The notes beneath the pieces are model-generated. The model ran no database searches. It had not been told where the DNA came from and worked only from the letters and a program-made list of their open reading frames with translations. The translations under genes and the position numbers were made by a program. A stretch of 63,642 nt of DNA, filler included, from Craspedostauros australis (taxonomy: Eukaryota), in the NCBI GenBank assembly GCA_030167865.1. It is 10 parts of 10 records of this genome, joined end to end, with 100 filler letters (N's around TTAATTAATTAA, not from the genome) between each part and the next. Parts side by side here need not be neighbours in the genome. Positions count along the whole stretch, not along the records: positions 1 to 30,963 come from JALAGF010000497.1; 9 more parts are not named here. The stretch is one strand, 5' to 3'. Below, piece after piece: positions 1-11,733 of this stretch (position 1 is the first letter of the stretch; the number at the start of each line of letters is the position of its first letter).

Positions 1-402
1 GGAATTGTGAACAACACGATGAAACAACGACGCACACGGGCCATGGACATGCGATTCTACTGGGTACGCGACCGCGTCCAGCAGGGCCAGTTCATCATAT
101 ATTGGGCCCCAGGAGCCGACAACCTCGCCGACTACTTCACCAAACATCATCCGGCAGCTCACCATCGCAAAATGCGCGAAGTCTACCTCAAGCCCACTCC
201 AGACAGTGGCAAGGCAACAGGACAGAGCATGCTGGGAGTTCCGCGAGGGTGTGTTGATTCCAGTCCCGCCCGTGACTCGCCTGTCCATCGCCAGAACGCT
301 ATGCACCTCGCGCCCACTTTTCTGCTAGAGACAGGCAAGCTACGATCAGGAATCCTTTCCGCAACTCCAGCGCTAATCAATACAATCTCTCATAAATATT
401 AG
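1..402 (+). mobile_element. Ty1/copia (diatom CoDi-type) retrotransposon pol, C-terminal RNase H end; 5'-truncated by window edge
   Basis: Frame open from base 1. KQRRTRAMDMRFYWVRDRVQQGQFIIYWAPGADNLADYFTKHH matches the copia RNase H C-terminus (ADxxTK motif). The ORF reads through the PPT (...RGCV...) into the LTR and stops at 400-402. Confidence 0.93.
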
Positions 403-419
403 CGAACAACATTGATTCA
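243..419 (+). mobile_element. Polypurine tract (243-251) and short 3' LTR (starts 252, ends at 411 or 419)
   Basis: GCGAGGGTG is followed immediately by TGTTG at 252. The inverted terminus CAACA is at 407-411; an alternative end ATTGATTCA is at 419. Position directly after RNase H is as expected. Confidence 0.75.
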
Positions 420-477
420 CTCACTCAGTCCTATTGACAATTTCCTCATGGATATCGTTCTCCAGTCCCTTTGGTGC

Positions 478-1257
478 TCAAACAGAGTCGATGAGATTGT
501 CCTTGTCCATCTCGTCGCATACCGCGCAGACTGTGATCCAGAATCGCTGCTCCTGCATATCTCGAAATGAGGCCTTACTGATCGTGGTCGTCGCGTGCGA
601 CTTCGAGGACGCGGCTCTTGTCGTCGCAACTGTCGCAATCTTTTCATTCATCTCCCCCCTCTTCGGCCCCACATCGCCACCATTGGCAAGATAAATGTGA
701 CGCTCTTCCCTGGATGCTGACGCATCAACCTTGCGGTTCTTGAAGCGAGCGAAGAGGCCTTTGCCCTTCACGGCCTGGATGAAGTACTTTGGGACGAAAT
801 GCGAGTTGCCACCTTGCTTGATGCAATCCACGCGTTCGCCTGCGATGAAGACACCGTATTCCTTGCGGTTTGGCTTGAGCCTGCGCACCATGGCTTGCTT
901 GTACGCCGTTTGGGATTTGATCATCGTCGGGCGCTGGCCTTTGTATTGAGGTACGTTGAGCACGTAGATGGTGTAGGAGTACGTCGCATCGTTGTCCAAC
1001 GTCCGAACGCAGAACGTGTTGTCTGTGGCCTTCGTGCTGGGATTGCGGCTCTGCAGGATCGCGTAGCTGGCGCTGTGAAGGCTGGATCTGCATTGTATGG
1101 CATCATTTACCGGCAGGCACGACGCAGATTCAGCGGCGGAAAAGAGGTTCTTCGGGAAGCTGACTGCTTGCTGCTGTTTTATCCGCGGCGGATTGCGAGC
1201 GGATGTGCCTGCGGGCATCCTTGCAGTACTTGCGGCGTTCATGGCCGTGGCTGACAT
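478..1257 (-). CDS. Uncharacterised protein (259 aa), paralogue of 22347-23111; possible Tubby/LURP-one/scramblase-like fold
   Basis: ATG-initiated intronless ORF, colinear over its whole core with the second copy (SFPKxLFS...DATYSY...PQYK...PKYFIQ...EQRFWIxVCAxCDEMDKD). Conservation in this frame supports coding. Confidence 0.85.
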   Translation of the reverse strand: MSATAMNAASTARMPAGTSARNPPRIKQQQAVSFPKNLFSAAESASCLPVNDAIQCRSSLHSASYAILQSRNPSTKATDNTFCVRTLDNDATYSYTIYVLNVPQYKGQRPTMIKSQTAYKQAMVRRLKPNRKEYGVFIAGERVDCIKQGGNSHFVPKYFIQAVKGKGLFARFKNRKVDASASREERHIYLANGGDVGPKRGEMNEKIATVATTRAASSKSHATTTISKASFRDMQEQRFWITVCAVCDEMDKDNLIDSV

Positions 1258-1347
1258 TGCGGCGCTCCAACAGTGTGGGTGTGTGAGAGAGAGGGCGGTT
1301 CCTGTGACGCTGAACCTAACTGATGGAGTCTGTACTCGGAGAGTGGT

Positions 1348-1378
1348 TGCCGTCCTTGCCGTCCTTGCCGTCCTTGCA
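1348..1378. repeat. 9-bp tandem repeat (TGCCGTCCT)x3
   Basis: Directly visible upstream of the 478-1257 gene. Confidence 0.85.
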
Positions 1379-1976
1379 GTTGAAGACTATTAATGGCATT
1401 ATGATGCAGAGTCTGGAGATGGGTCGCCACTCATACTTGTCACACTCTCTTGTGTAGTTGGCATTGGGTCTCTTCCAACGTGTTGTTGTCCAATTTGCGT
1501 GATGTGCAATGTGTGATGCCGCAGATGTGTGATGTTCCAGAACTGCACAAATCGGTGACACTCAAGCTTAAGCACACAACGAGAGGTGTCACGTCAACCC
1601 AATCTCCTTGATGGTCTTCGTTCATGCCCATTCGCAGTTCTGCCCTCGGACTCGCGCCGTTCCTTCTCCCGCCACTCCCATGCATGATACTCGACCACTG
1701 TGCTGTTGCCTACGAGACGAGATAGACTTTGCGGCCACTGGTATGTACGCAAAGTCGTAAGCACTCGCAACCAGTATACTCCTCGTCCGATGCCGCAGAG
1801 TTGGAGATGACCCTGCCGTTTGGGTTGCCTTCGGGAAGAGAGAGAGAGAGGCAGACAGCTGACGAGGCGGGCCAAGAGGTGCCATGTTCCTTCTGGAATA
1901 ACGACGAGTGCTGTCTCGAGAGCACAGTGTATCATTCTTCAATTAGGTAACACACACGTGTGCACCGGTAGCTACT

Positions 1977-4502
1977 CTATCTCATCATCATATTGCCGCC
2001 CATTCGTTTCTCATCCCTGCGGTTGTATTCCTCGAAGCGCCGCCCAAGCAACTTTGTCTGGAACTCGACGATCTGCTTCTGGAGGTTCATCACCACCTTG
2101 CGCGTCTCTTCCTTCAGATACTTGTCCACGCCCTCAATTTCCACAATGTAAGGCGCGGCGCTGGAGATGAAGTCGAACTCAGGGTCCAGCGTCTTTCCCA
2201 CTCCCGTCATTTGCGATATTGCGCGTGCTACGAAGGCGTACTCGGCGGGCAACGTGAAGTAGGACATCACCTTCATATCGTTGGGTGGCGGTGGCGTTGC
2301 TTGCGACGATGTGGACGACGATGACGAATCCCACTCGCCAGATTTGGCCAGAGTTGCGGCGGCATTCGCTTCCGTATTTGATTCGTCTGTTGATACAGCG
2401 GCTTCTCCTGCAGTGGCATTCAGATTGACATCGCCATTGACGCTTCCATTGATTTGGGTCTCTGTAGTCTCATCGTCGTTGACGTTTCGATCTGCCACAG
2501 GACACTGTTTAAAGACGTACCCCTGCCGCTTCAGCTTCTTTCGATTGGCCTTGATCTTGCCCTTCTTGTAGTTATCGGCGATCTTGGCTCGCACCATCTC
2601 CAAATCGGCGCCATCCACCAACACGCCCATCTTGTCGAATGCCACCATGGAACGATCCACGTCTGTGTCGATGATCGCCTTGATGATCCCGAGTATCCCA
2701 TCTGCCTGATCCAACGACAGCGAAGCGGATTGTCCAAAGTCGTACAGCACCAACCTGGGTTCGCCTGTTCCATCTGCATTCGTTCCAGCAGCGCCCAGCT
2801 CGACACCCAGATTGCCTGGATGCGGGTCCGTCGAAAAGAACAGGTTGCAGCAAAACTGCCTCAGGTAGGCTCGCGCGAGGTTGTCAGCCAGTTGCGTGCG
2901 CTGCTCTGCCGAGATGTTGGCCTCGTCAAGCTTTGCGAGGTTGGTGATCTTGATGCTCGGAACATATTCCATCACCAACATGCGTTGGCTCGTGAGATCC
3001 TCGTACACCCAAGGAATTCGGATCCATTCGGCGGCACTGGGCAGCGTCTTTCCATTGCGTGATTGCGCAGTCGGCGTCATCGGTTGACCGCCCTTGCCGA
3101 TTCCAAAATCGCGGGATATACGTAGCGAGTTGGACGCTTCATCGCGGTAGTCGATTTCTCTGTACAGGATGTCTTCAGCATCTTCGAATATCTTCGTCCA
3201 CGAGGATTGCACTCCGCCGCCGACGTTCTTGTTGGCAGTCGGTATCTTGTCCATCGTCTTGGCGATCGTGGTGAGCAGCACGAAGTCCTGATCGTAAATC
3301 TCCTTCAAATTGGGTCGTTGGATCTTGACGGCGACTTCGTCACCTGATTCTCTCAACGTGGCGCGATGCACCTGCCCCAAACTCGCAGCTGCCAGAGGGT
3401 TGGAATCGAAGCTGGAAAACAGACGATCGAAGTCTTCCTTGCCACCCTCCAACGAGGAGTATGCTAACTCCAGCGCCTTCTCACCCGTCCTGGCCGGAAC
3501 GCGATCCTGAAGCCGTTCCATGGCGGTGAGCCATTCCTTACCAAATATACTGTCTTGACACGACAAGATCTGTCCCAGCTTGATGTACAACGGACCCAGC
3601 TTGAGCAGCCGCTCCGCGAACCGCGCACCGGCCACGTCACGAATGTTCTGCCGCCGCTGCTTCATGCGCAGCAATTGGGACAGCTTGCTTGCGACATACA
3701 GCATGCATTGATCCAAAAGCAACATGACGATGGCGCCTCCACGTGCAGCCGGTTGTTGAGAGTAGCGTCCCCACTCGGACGTGGCATCGTCCTTTTGTCT
3801 GCGCCTTGTTCGAATGCTAGCGATGCAGCACGATGCGAGGTACGCGGCCGTGAATGCAGTGAGGACAAGGTTTGTGGTCGAAGTCCTTCGTATTCTGGAT
3901 TTGATGCTTCTAGATGTAGCCGCGAAGGTCTTGATGATGAGCTGCGCTGTGGATGCAACAAGCCCTGACGTAGCCGAAGGCGTTGCCTCTGAAGACACAG
4001 CCGACGCAGATGCCCAAGCCGATCTCGGTGACCTGAACAGTGTCGTGGTGGCAACGGCCGACATCGCGATGCCGACCGATTTGATAGCGTGCCAACTTGA
4101 TGTTGGTCTGCCGAGGCTGCTGCTGCTGTTGGGATTTGGTCTTCTGTTTGTTCTCATGTCCCGAAAGAGGGGAGAGTACACTGCATGGTCGGTGTGTGGC
4201 CGGTTGCTATTTGCATCAAAGGGAGTTGTGGATGGGAGCGATGCAACGGAGGAGCCTTGACTCTGTCTCGTTGGAAGGCTCGGAATGTGCGGTCGTGGAG
4301 ACGGCAGTCGTTGGTGCATGGAAGATGATTGGGCCATCCTTGCATTTGTGTGCCGAGAGTCAAAGGCACCATTGTTGGTGAACGCAACAACTGCTGGCAA
4401 GAAGATGGTGGCCATCATCAGTGTCATCATGATCATTGCTACCGTCATCGCCATGATGCTGCTGATCACGGTGGTGGGGAGCTTGGTTCTCGCTCTCTTC
4501 AT
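1977..4502 (-). CDS. ABC1/UbiB atypical protein kinase (ABC1K7/8-like), probably plastid-targeted
   Basis: LGPLYIKLGQILS, LQDRVP, AAASLGQVHRA, VAVKIQRP, EIDY, TDPHPGN and YDFG motifs. Hydrophobic N-terminus ends in AVVA-FT. The exact start Met is uncertain (several in-frame ATGs). Confidence 0.93.
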   Translation of the reverse strand: MKRARTKLPTTVISSIMAMTVAMIMMTLMMATIFLPAVVAFTNNGAFDSRHTNARMAQSSSMHQRLPSPRPHIPSLPTRQSQGSSVASLPSTTPFDANSNRPHTDHAVYSPLFRDMRTNRRPNPNSSSSLGRPTSSWHAIKSVGIAMSAVATTTLFRSPRSAWASASAVSSEATPSATSGLVASTAQLIIKTFAATSRSIKSRIRRTSTTNLVLTAFTAAYLASCCIASIRTRRRQKDDATSEWGRYSQQPAARGGAIVMLLLDQCMLYVASKLSQLLRMKQRRQNIRDVAGARFAERLLKLGPLYIKLGQILSCQDSIFGKEWLTAMERLQDRVPARTGEKALELAYSSLEGGKEDFDRLFSSFDSNPLAAASLGQVHRATLRESGDEVAVKIQRPNLKEIYDQDFVLLTTIAKTMDKIPTANKNVGGGVQSSWTKIFEDAEDILYREIDYRDEASNSLRISRDFGIGKGGQPMTPTAQSRNGKTLPSAAEWIRIPWVYEDLTSQRMLVMEYVPSIKITNLAKLDEANISAEQRTQLADNLARAYLRQFCCNLFFSTDPHPGNLGVELGAAGTNADGTGEPRLVLYDFGQSASLSLDQADGILGIIKAIIDTDVDRSMVAFDKMGVLVDGADLEMVRAKIADNYKKGKIKANRKKLKRQGYVFKQCPVADRNVNDDETTETQINGSVNGDVNLNATAGEAAVSTDESNTEANAAATLAKSGEWDSSSSSTSSQATPPPPNDMKVMSYFTLPAEYAFVARAISQMTGVGKTLDPEFDFISSAAPYIVEIEGVDKYLKEETRKVVMNLQKQIVEFQTKLLGRRFEEYNRRDEKRMGGNMMMR

Positions 4503-5282
4503 TTTGCTTTTGTATGTGTGGTAGTAGCAGCGACTATGATGATGATGATGATGATGCGGCGCCGCAAGCTATTGTGGTTGCTGATTGTATCAGTGTTCTG
4601 GAGAGTATCAGCTCGAAGACGACGTGCTATACAATTCGGTGAACTGCTGCCAGCTTCGGACCGCGGATGTGAACCTCAGGTGTCACGAGGTTCGGTTCTG
4701 GCCTTGAGCATTCCACGTCGGGTACGATTGAGTCTGTTACGATGGTGGCTGATGGTGTATGGTGGTGGTTTCCTCCCCTGCAACCCATGGCGTCCAATCT
4801 GTATAACGCTGGTGGCCTCGACGACATCGATGGTTCTTGTGGACAACGACGATGCCGACTCCCGAACCTGAAGTTGGGAAGAATGCTATTGACGTGCGTT
4901 GTGGTCAGCATGCTTTGGCAGAGAGCGCGATGACCACAAACCATGGGCGGATTCGCCTTCAATTTGAAGTCGATCGAATCAACCGCCACCAAATCTTCAT
5001 GACTTGACGTCACTCGTTGCTGGCCGATCTTGGATCAAAAAGATCCACTTCCACATCCCCATTCTCAGTTGTCAACCGTTCGCATCCTTTGCGACGCACA
5101 ACGACCGGCAGGGGGTGGTTGGAGCAACAGCGTCACTGACACAAACGCGAACGCCGACAACATCGTCACCAACGCCGCAACCACTACTGCCGTCTCATTT
5201 GCGAGCCATCCCCACTGATTGTACTATACTCTGCTCAGCTCTACTCCACTCGACACCTGTTGTGAACAACACACCAACGACC

Positions 5283-6554
5283 ATGCCATTCCCAAGCTTG
5301 TCATCGCTCTCATCCCTGCCATCGAGATCCAACGCGGTTCAATTGCTCGTCAAGCAAGGCACGTCAGGTCAATCTTCAGGCCTGGGTCGTTGTTCTCGGC
5401 AACTCGCGACGACGACAGCTGCGGAACGATTCCGCTCTGCTCTTCACATATCGAGCACCAACAACAGAAGTACAACGGGTAGTCTCAAAGCCAACACCCA
5501 GCGTTTCATGATGAGCACCACGGGCACTGCCGCAGATCCGGAAAAGCCCGTCGCACTGTTCCTCAACGCATCACGTCTGGACTATGATCGCAAGCTGGAC
5601 TTCACCAAGCTTGCCGAGATCGTGGATTTCCGACGCAACGATCAGGATTACGTCACGGATCCGGTCCAGCTGGTGGACATGGTCCAGGAGCACCAGCCGT
5701 CCATCGTCATCACGAAGGAGATGCAGGTCCCGGCCGATTGCGTCAAACAGTTCCCCGACAGCGTCCAGCTCCTCTGCGAGGCGGGCACGGGATACAACAA
5801 CATCCCCACCACCGTGGCGCGCGATTGCGGCATCACGGTTTGCAATATCCCCACCTACAGCACCGAGGCAGTCGCGCACATGGCCATCACGTACCTCATG
5901 AACCTCTCCATCAGCATGTTCGAGCAGCAGGCCATGCTGCAGCGAGGCGACCGTTCCAACTTCACGGGACCATTCACGCTGCCGCTGTCCGAACTCAATC
6001 AAAAGACGCTGGGCCTCGTCGGCGGCGCGGGGCGCATCGGCAGCAAGGTCGCGGACGTCGCCCTGGCCCTCGGCATGAAGATCATCATTTCCAGCCGCGC
6101 CGGGCAGCTTCCCGATGATCACAGATTGAAGGACCATCCGGACGTCGCGTGCGTTGCCAACGTCGATGACGATCTGCTGCCTCATTGCGATTACGTCAGC
6201 CTCCACACGCCGCTCAATGACCAAACGCGCGGCACCTTTGGTCGCAAGCAGCTGGAACAGATGCGCCCGACCGCATTCCTCATCAACACATCGCGGGGGG
6301 CAGTCTGCAACGAGGAGGAGCTCATCGCCTGCCTCAAGGAGAAGGTGATCGCCGGTGCGGGGTTGGATGTCACGACGACGGAGCCGGCGCCGATGGAGTC
6401 GGAGCTGTGGGACCTGCCCAACGTGTGGCTCTCGCCTCACATCGGTTGGAGACGTATCGAGACGCGGCAGCGTTTGGTGGATATGACGTACGACAACATC
6501 CTCGCATTCAATAATGCCAAATCGCCCGAGGATTACGTCAACGTCGTGAACTGA
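5283..6554 (+). CDS. D-isomer-specific 2-hydroxyacid dehydrogenase (hydroxypyruvate/glyoxylate reductase-like), likely with mitochondrial presequence
   Basis: GTGYNNI, NIPTYSTEAVA, Rossmann GLVGGAGRIG, SLHTPL, INTSRG, GAGLDV..EP and SPHIGW motifs. The Ser/Arg-rich, acid-poor N-terminus starts at ATG 5283. Confidence 0.92.
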   Translation: MPFPSLSSLSSLPSRSNAVQLLVKQGTSGQSSGLGRCSRQLATTTAAERFRSALHISSTNNRSTTGSLKANTQRFMMSTTGTAADPEKPVALFLNASRLDYDRKLDFTKLAEIVDFRRNDQDYVTDPVQLVDMVQEHQPSIVITKEMQVPADCVKQFPDSVQLLCEAGTGYNNIPTTVARDCGITVCNIPTYSTEAVAHMAITYLMNLSISMFEQQAMLQRGDRSNFTGPFTLPLSELNQKTLGLVGGAGRIGSKVADVALALGMKIIISSRAGQLPDDHRLKDHPDVACVANVDDDLLPHCDYVSLHTPLNDQTRGTFGRKQLEQMRPTAFLINTSRGAVCNEEELIACLKEKVIAGAGLDVTTTEPAPMESELWDLPNVWLSPHIGWRRIETRQRLVDMTYDNILAFNNAKSPEDYVNVVN

Positions 6555-7304
6555 CTTGGAGTCTGATGAGATCGGAATACATAATGGAACGGAATGGGAT
6601 GGAATGAAGGAGGAGGAAGACCGGATTACGACTGGAGTAAATCGGAGAAGAATAGTAATAGAACTCCAGCCCGCATGTGAGATTCATGCTTTGTACGACT
6701 ACAAGTGCTCTACTCTAAATTCGCATGGCAATACTACGCCCTAACCGTGAATAAACCAGTTCGTGAATGCGTAATCGCGCAAAAATCCATTCATTCCAGT
6801 CAATTGTCCGCAAAAAGCGCTCGCATAGACCTAAATTGATTCCAAGTTTCTCGTTCCACAACTTCGGACAAAAATGGTCACAAAGTGCTACATCAGCAGT
6901 CGTGTGAGGTATCATTGCTCACCAAATTCAGCACAACCAAGACCTTCCCCAGATTGAAATTGGATGACGAGAACGGCCTCCGGAATGAGTCTGGGGCCGC
7001 CTTCAACTGCCTCTGGTGGTCCATCGCGTGAATTCGGAAGGAGGGGAGGAGCTGGGGATGCTGAGGAGCATGAAAGGATCACAACATCCATCGCTCCGAC
7101 TTTGTTTCGTTTGCCATTCACATTCACAACACGAGCAACAAACATACCTTACCACACAGACGAGAGCAAAAAACAACAACGACGACGACGCAGTAAAGTC
7201 AGAAACAGCTGAGAAGAAAGACGAGAGGCTTCGGACCTCAGCACAAGCCACAAACCACCTCCTCTCCCACCACCGCGTCTACCACCACTTCAACGACTGG
7301 CACC

Positions 7305-10150
7305 ATGTCGTCCGAGAACGTCCCAGAATGGATGCAAAAGCTCAAGCAGATGCGCCAAAAGAGTCTCGGCAACATCACCCTCGACATCGACGATGATGAT
7401 GCTGCCGACGAGAATACCGGAGGCGACGCAGAGAAGGCGGGAGAGGCGACCGCCATGAGCATCGAAGAGCGCATCGCCGCTCAAAAGCGCGAGAACCAAT
7501 CCACTCGGACTTCCGGTATCGTCGACAAGGAGCTCTTTCGCAAGATGAGCCGACAAAGTGGATCGTCCGACTCCGACAACGCCTCCGCCGATGGAGATGG
7601 AGATGAACCCGCAGTTCCCAGTCCCAAGAGCGCCACTGATGACGGCGATGCCAAGACAGCGGAGAGTGAGACGGAGATCAAGCGAACATCGTCAAAGAGC
7701 TTGGTCTCGCAGGAGGGATCATCCAGCGCTGGGAATATCTCGAATGACAGCCCCGCAGAGGCTTCGTCTGCACCTTCTGCTGCCGCCTCTGCCACCGCCG
7801 AGGAATCCAAGGACGGCGACGAGAAGGTGGAAGAACAAGGACAAGAAAAACAAGAAGAAGAGAAAAACGACTTCATGCCACCTACCAAGTCCAGCGAAGA
7901 TGACGAGGCCGACGAAATCGAAAGTCTGGATAGCGATGAGGGCGACAACTCGGCCAATAGCGGTACCTCCGGTGGCAGCGCGGGCAAGACCGCCACGCCA
8001 ACATCAGCTGGTGGCCGCCCTCAGGGCCTACCGCCAATCATCGAGGCCGACAAGGAAGACGAGACGGAGCACAACAAGCAAATGCTCCTGGACAGCACCC
8101 GTGTCGAGACGACCACAGCGTCTGCAGCAACGCCGTTGATGTCGATCCAATCCACCCACTCTGCCAAATCTGTCACTTCGGCGAAGTCAGCCACATCCGG
8201 AAGATCGGAACTCTCTCTCGGTTCTGGGACTCAAGGATCCAAGAGCGACCCACCGGAGCAGAATCGATCAAGTCGCTCCATCGATCCTCCGCAACGACAG
8301 GAATCGGCCAGATCAGTCCGATCCGCGGCGTCGACATCCGCTAAGTCGGCGACCTCGGCCAGATCGGGCGCTGCGCAATCCACGGCATCCGCTAGATCTG
8401 CGCAGTCGCACGAGTCGCCACGATCCGCATCTGGCCAGTCAGCGACATCTGGGCGATCTGGCCAATCAAGCCAATCCCGTGCGGCACCTCCGAGCCCTCC
8501 AGGATCAACTGGCGGAGGATCCTCCAGAACGAACCAGTCGCCACCACAAGGCAGCAACAGTCAGTTGACGAGCCCCATGGGTTCCCACAACGCAAGCGCA
8601 AGCAACTCTGTGGCAAGCGCATCGCACACCCACGGCGAGGACGGCAGTGTGGAGGAGTCGGTGTCGACAGCACAGAGCGTGTCATTCGCCAGCCCGACGT
8701 CAAAGCCTGCAGGGGTTGAAACCATTGATGAGTATCAGGAGTCGCGTTTCCAAGCACCGATGGCGCCAGCAGAGATGGGGAGTGTCGGCGGTTCCTCATC
8801 CGCTGCCGGCACAGGTGGTGACAGCTACGATCAGTCCACGAGGACCGCGTCCGATGATCATACTCACACCGGAAGCTCCAGCGGAGTGTATGTCGATGAA
8901 TACGGCAACGTCATCCAAGGCCACGGCAGCGTCAGGGACGATGGCACAGCCGAGGAGGGCGTGTACGATGGGCAGACCAGCGGGATGGATACCTCTATGG
9001 GAGTGCATGACTCCACCACCCAGGGATACGAAGATGAAGTGGTTTCCAACAGCGGCACCCAGACCCACGCGTCGCAACAGAGCTCCAAAAAGTACGGTTC
9101 GGCGCACGGCTCACGCGCCAGCAACGATGGGTTCGCGGACGAGGACATGGCCGCGGCCATGAGTGCCTCGATGCAGGCCCCACAGGAGACGTATCTCCCG
9201 GATGACATCGAAAACCAGAGGAAACCCGACCCACCTGTGGACCGACCTGAGGATATGCCCCAAGATGAACCTGAAATGGCACCACGAAAGCCAGCACAAG
9301 AACCGTTCCGCCCGGGGCAATGGGTTTATGCAGTATGCTGCCTCTTCATCCTCGGCCTCATCCTCATCTTCATGTTCACCGTTATCATCGAGAGAGAGGG
9401 TGACGACGATCCAGAGCCACAAGCCATCATCGACGAATCGTCGGCACCATCAACCACTCCCTTGGAACCACCGCCAAAGCCAGATCTCAGCAGTGACGAT
9501 ACGGAGCACAATCCCGAAGCGGTGACCACTGCTTTCGATCCGTTGCAGATCGGCAACTGCGACTTCGCCGGTGTCACTCAGCCACACGTGATCGATCAGT
9601 GCGCATGCACTTTCCAGGCCGCGACAATCGCCGACGACATCCGCGATAGATACGACGACCTGCTTGCGAGGTGGCTGCCTGATATTGATCCAGACTTTTC
9701 CGACAGCATCAACTCTTGCTCGTCGCGCAATCAGGCGCTGCTCTGGTTGTCAACGAGCACCAACAACGCTGGCAACAACGAGCAGGAACGTCTCCGCCGC
9801 TTCGCTCTTGCAGAGCTGTACATTGCGACAGGTGGCACCTCATGGACAAACGCAGACAACTGGTTGAGTACGCTAACAGCATGTAGTTGGGAGGGTGCGA
9901 CATGCAGCACAGAAAATCCAGCGATGATGACAGATCTGGTTTTGGATCAAAACAACCTTGTTGGTTCGGTAAGTCCAGATCAGGCGAAGATGACGAGCCT
10001 GAAGAAACTGTCCACCATCGTCCTTTTCTGTTGTATTTGTGCCATTGCATGTTCTTGCGTGACTTTAACCCATGCCACTTGTGCGTACCCACCTGTCTAT
10101 CGCGCCGCGTGGTCACGCATACATACTTACATCTTTCCATCACTCACTCC

Positions 10151-10182
<32 letters not shown>

Positions 10183-11279
10183 TGCTTTTACTTTGCCGTT
10201 CCGTGTCCGACGTCCCCATTGGCGCGTTTCTGATCGCTCCCTTCCACACAATTACGCAGCTTCCTGTCGGTCCAGCCTATCTCGATGGCCTCAAGTCCAT
10301 CAGCCTTGCTGGCAACACTTTGACCGGTCCAATTCCGACGGAGTACTTCGCAATGCCGAAGCTGGAGAGTCTGGATTTTAGCCGAAACGGACTAACCGGA
10401 GCGCTTATCACAACGAAGGACAGCAATATGCTGACATCGATCAACCTCGAGATGAACCGCATTGGCGGCAACATTCCCACCGACATCAATAACCTCCCGC
10501 TGCTCACGAGTCTGAAACTGGCCAACAACGAGATCATGGGCACTATCCCACCCAGCCTGTTCGAAATCAAGCCGCTGCAACATCTCGATCTCTTCTCCAA
10601 CAACCTCGCGGGCAACATCCCACCTGGCATATCGGCCGCGACTCTGCTGACGTCGCTCAACTTCGCCAACAACGACGAGCTCGGCGGGACCTTCGACGCC
10701 GGCTTCAGCGAACTTGTGGACTTGGAGTATCTGTCGATGGTGAACGTGACGCGGTTGGGCGGACGCATCCCCGATTCCTTCGGACGGCGCGTGACGAAGC
10801 TGATCGAGCTTCAGATCTCCAACACCCAGATGGGCGGAAACCTGCCCGACTCGGTGGGCAACCTGAAAGAGCTGAAGATTCTAAATCTGAGCAACAACCA
10901 GGTGCGAGGCGACATCCCCGCCACGATTGGCCAGCTTTCCAACACCCTGACGATGTTGCATCTGAACGACAACGTGATGTCCGGCATCATTCCAGACGCC
11001 GTGGGTTCCCTGGTGCTGCTGGAGGAGCTGCTGCTCGATGACAACGGATTCGAAGGCAACGTGCCAACGTCGTTGTCCTCCCTCACCAACCTGGAGATAC
11101 TGACATTGGATGGCAACCTTTTGACGGGAAGACCGGCGGACGAAGTGTGTGCATTGGCCAATGGAGACAACTCGAAACTGGTGGAGTTCGTGACGGACTG
11201 CCCAAGGGTCGAGAACTTCGAAACAGTTGGTGTGATCTGCGCCATCCCCACCTGCTGCACATCGTGTCGAACCGCATAA
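7305..11279 (+). CDS. Leucine-rich-repeat membrane protein 1 (long disordered N-terminus, single TM, Cys-capped plant-type LRRs); exons 7305-9968 and 10260-11279
   Basis: TM segment WVYAVCCLFILGLILIFMFTVII, LRRNT cap W...W...CSWEGATC, LxxLxLxxNxLxGxIP repeats, C-terminal DC...C...CC..C. Removing intron GTAAGT(9969)...CAG(10259) restores NNLVGS|LPVG in LRR register. Confidence 0.9.
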
Positions 11280-11681
11280 GCGTAGAAAAAGAAGAGCGCG
11301 CATTGATGAATTGCACCGCACTGCATCGCAATGAATGGAGTGTTGGTGGCACCCTCGCGCACCATACACTTTCATACAGACATATGTTCTTATTGTTCGG
11401 AATCCTTTTGGATATACTCGTACGTGCACATAATAACATCCTATTATAGTAATACTAGCGTTGTAAACATACAAGTATGTGATGGGACTGCACTCGTCCC
11501 AGAACAGCGATGCCACCGAGGCTGCTGCGAACAACGAAGACGAAGACGAAGGACGTAGAACGAATCACAGAAGCAGACTTGAGCTGCCGGAGACTTCAGC
11601 ACTTCTACAGTATTCCGCCTATCATCACTGAGTGCTTACCTACTTACTCGTTGAGGTATGCGATCCATGGTGCTGCCATCG

Positions 11682-11733
11682 TTGAATGAACGGCTCTCAT
11701 TGAATGAAGGGCTCTCATTGAATGAACGGCTCG
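11682..11733. repeat. 18-bp tandem repeat TTGAATGAA(C/G)GGCTCTCA x3
   Basis: Directly visible in the spacer between the two LRR genes. Confidence 0.85.

Noticed and set aside
5571..6440. Long antisense ORFs over real genes (also 12468-13370, 13380-14441, 25478-26290, 29735-30487, 37513-38442, 42130-42951)
   Set aside because: They mirror GC3-rich coding sequence on the opposite strand and have no independent protein features.
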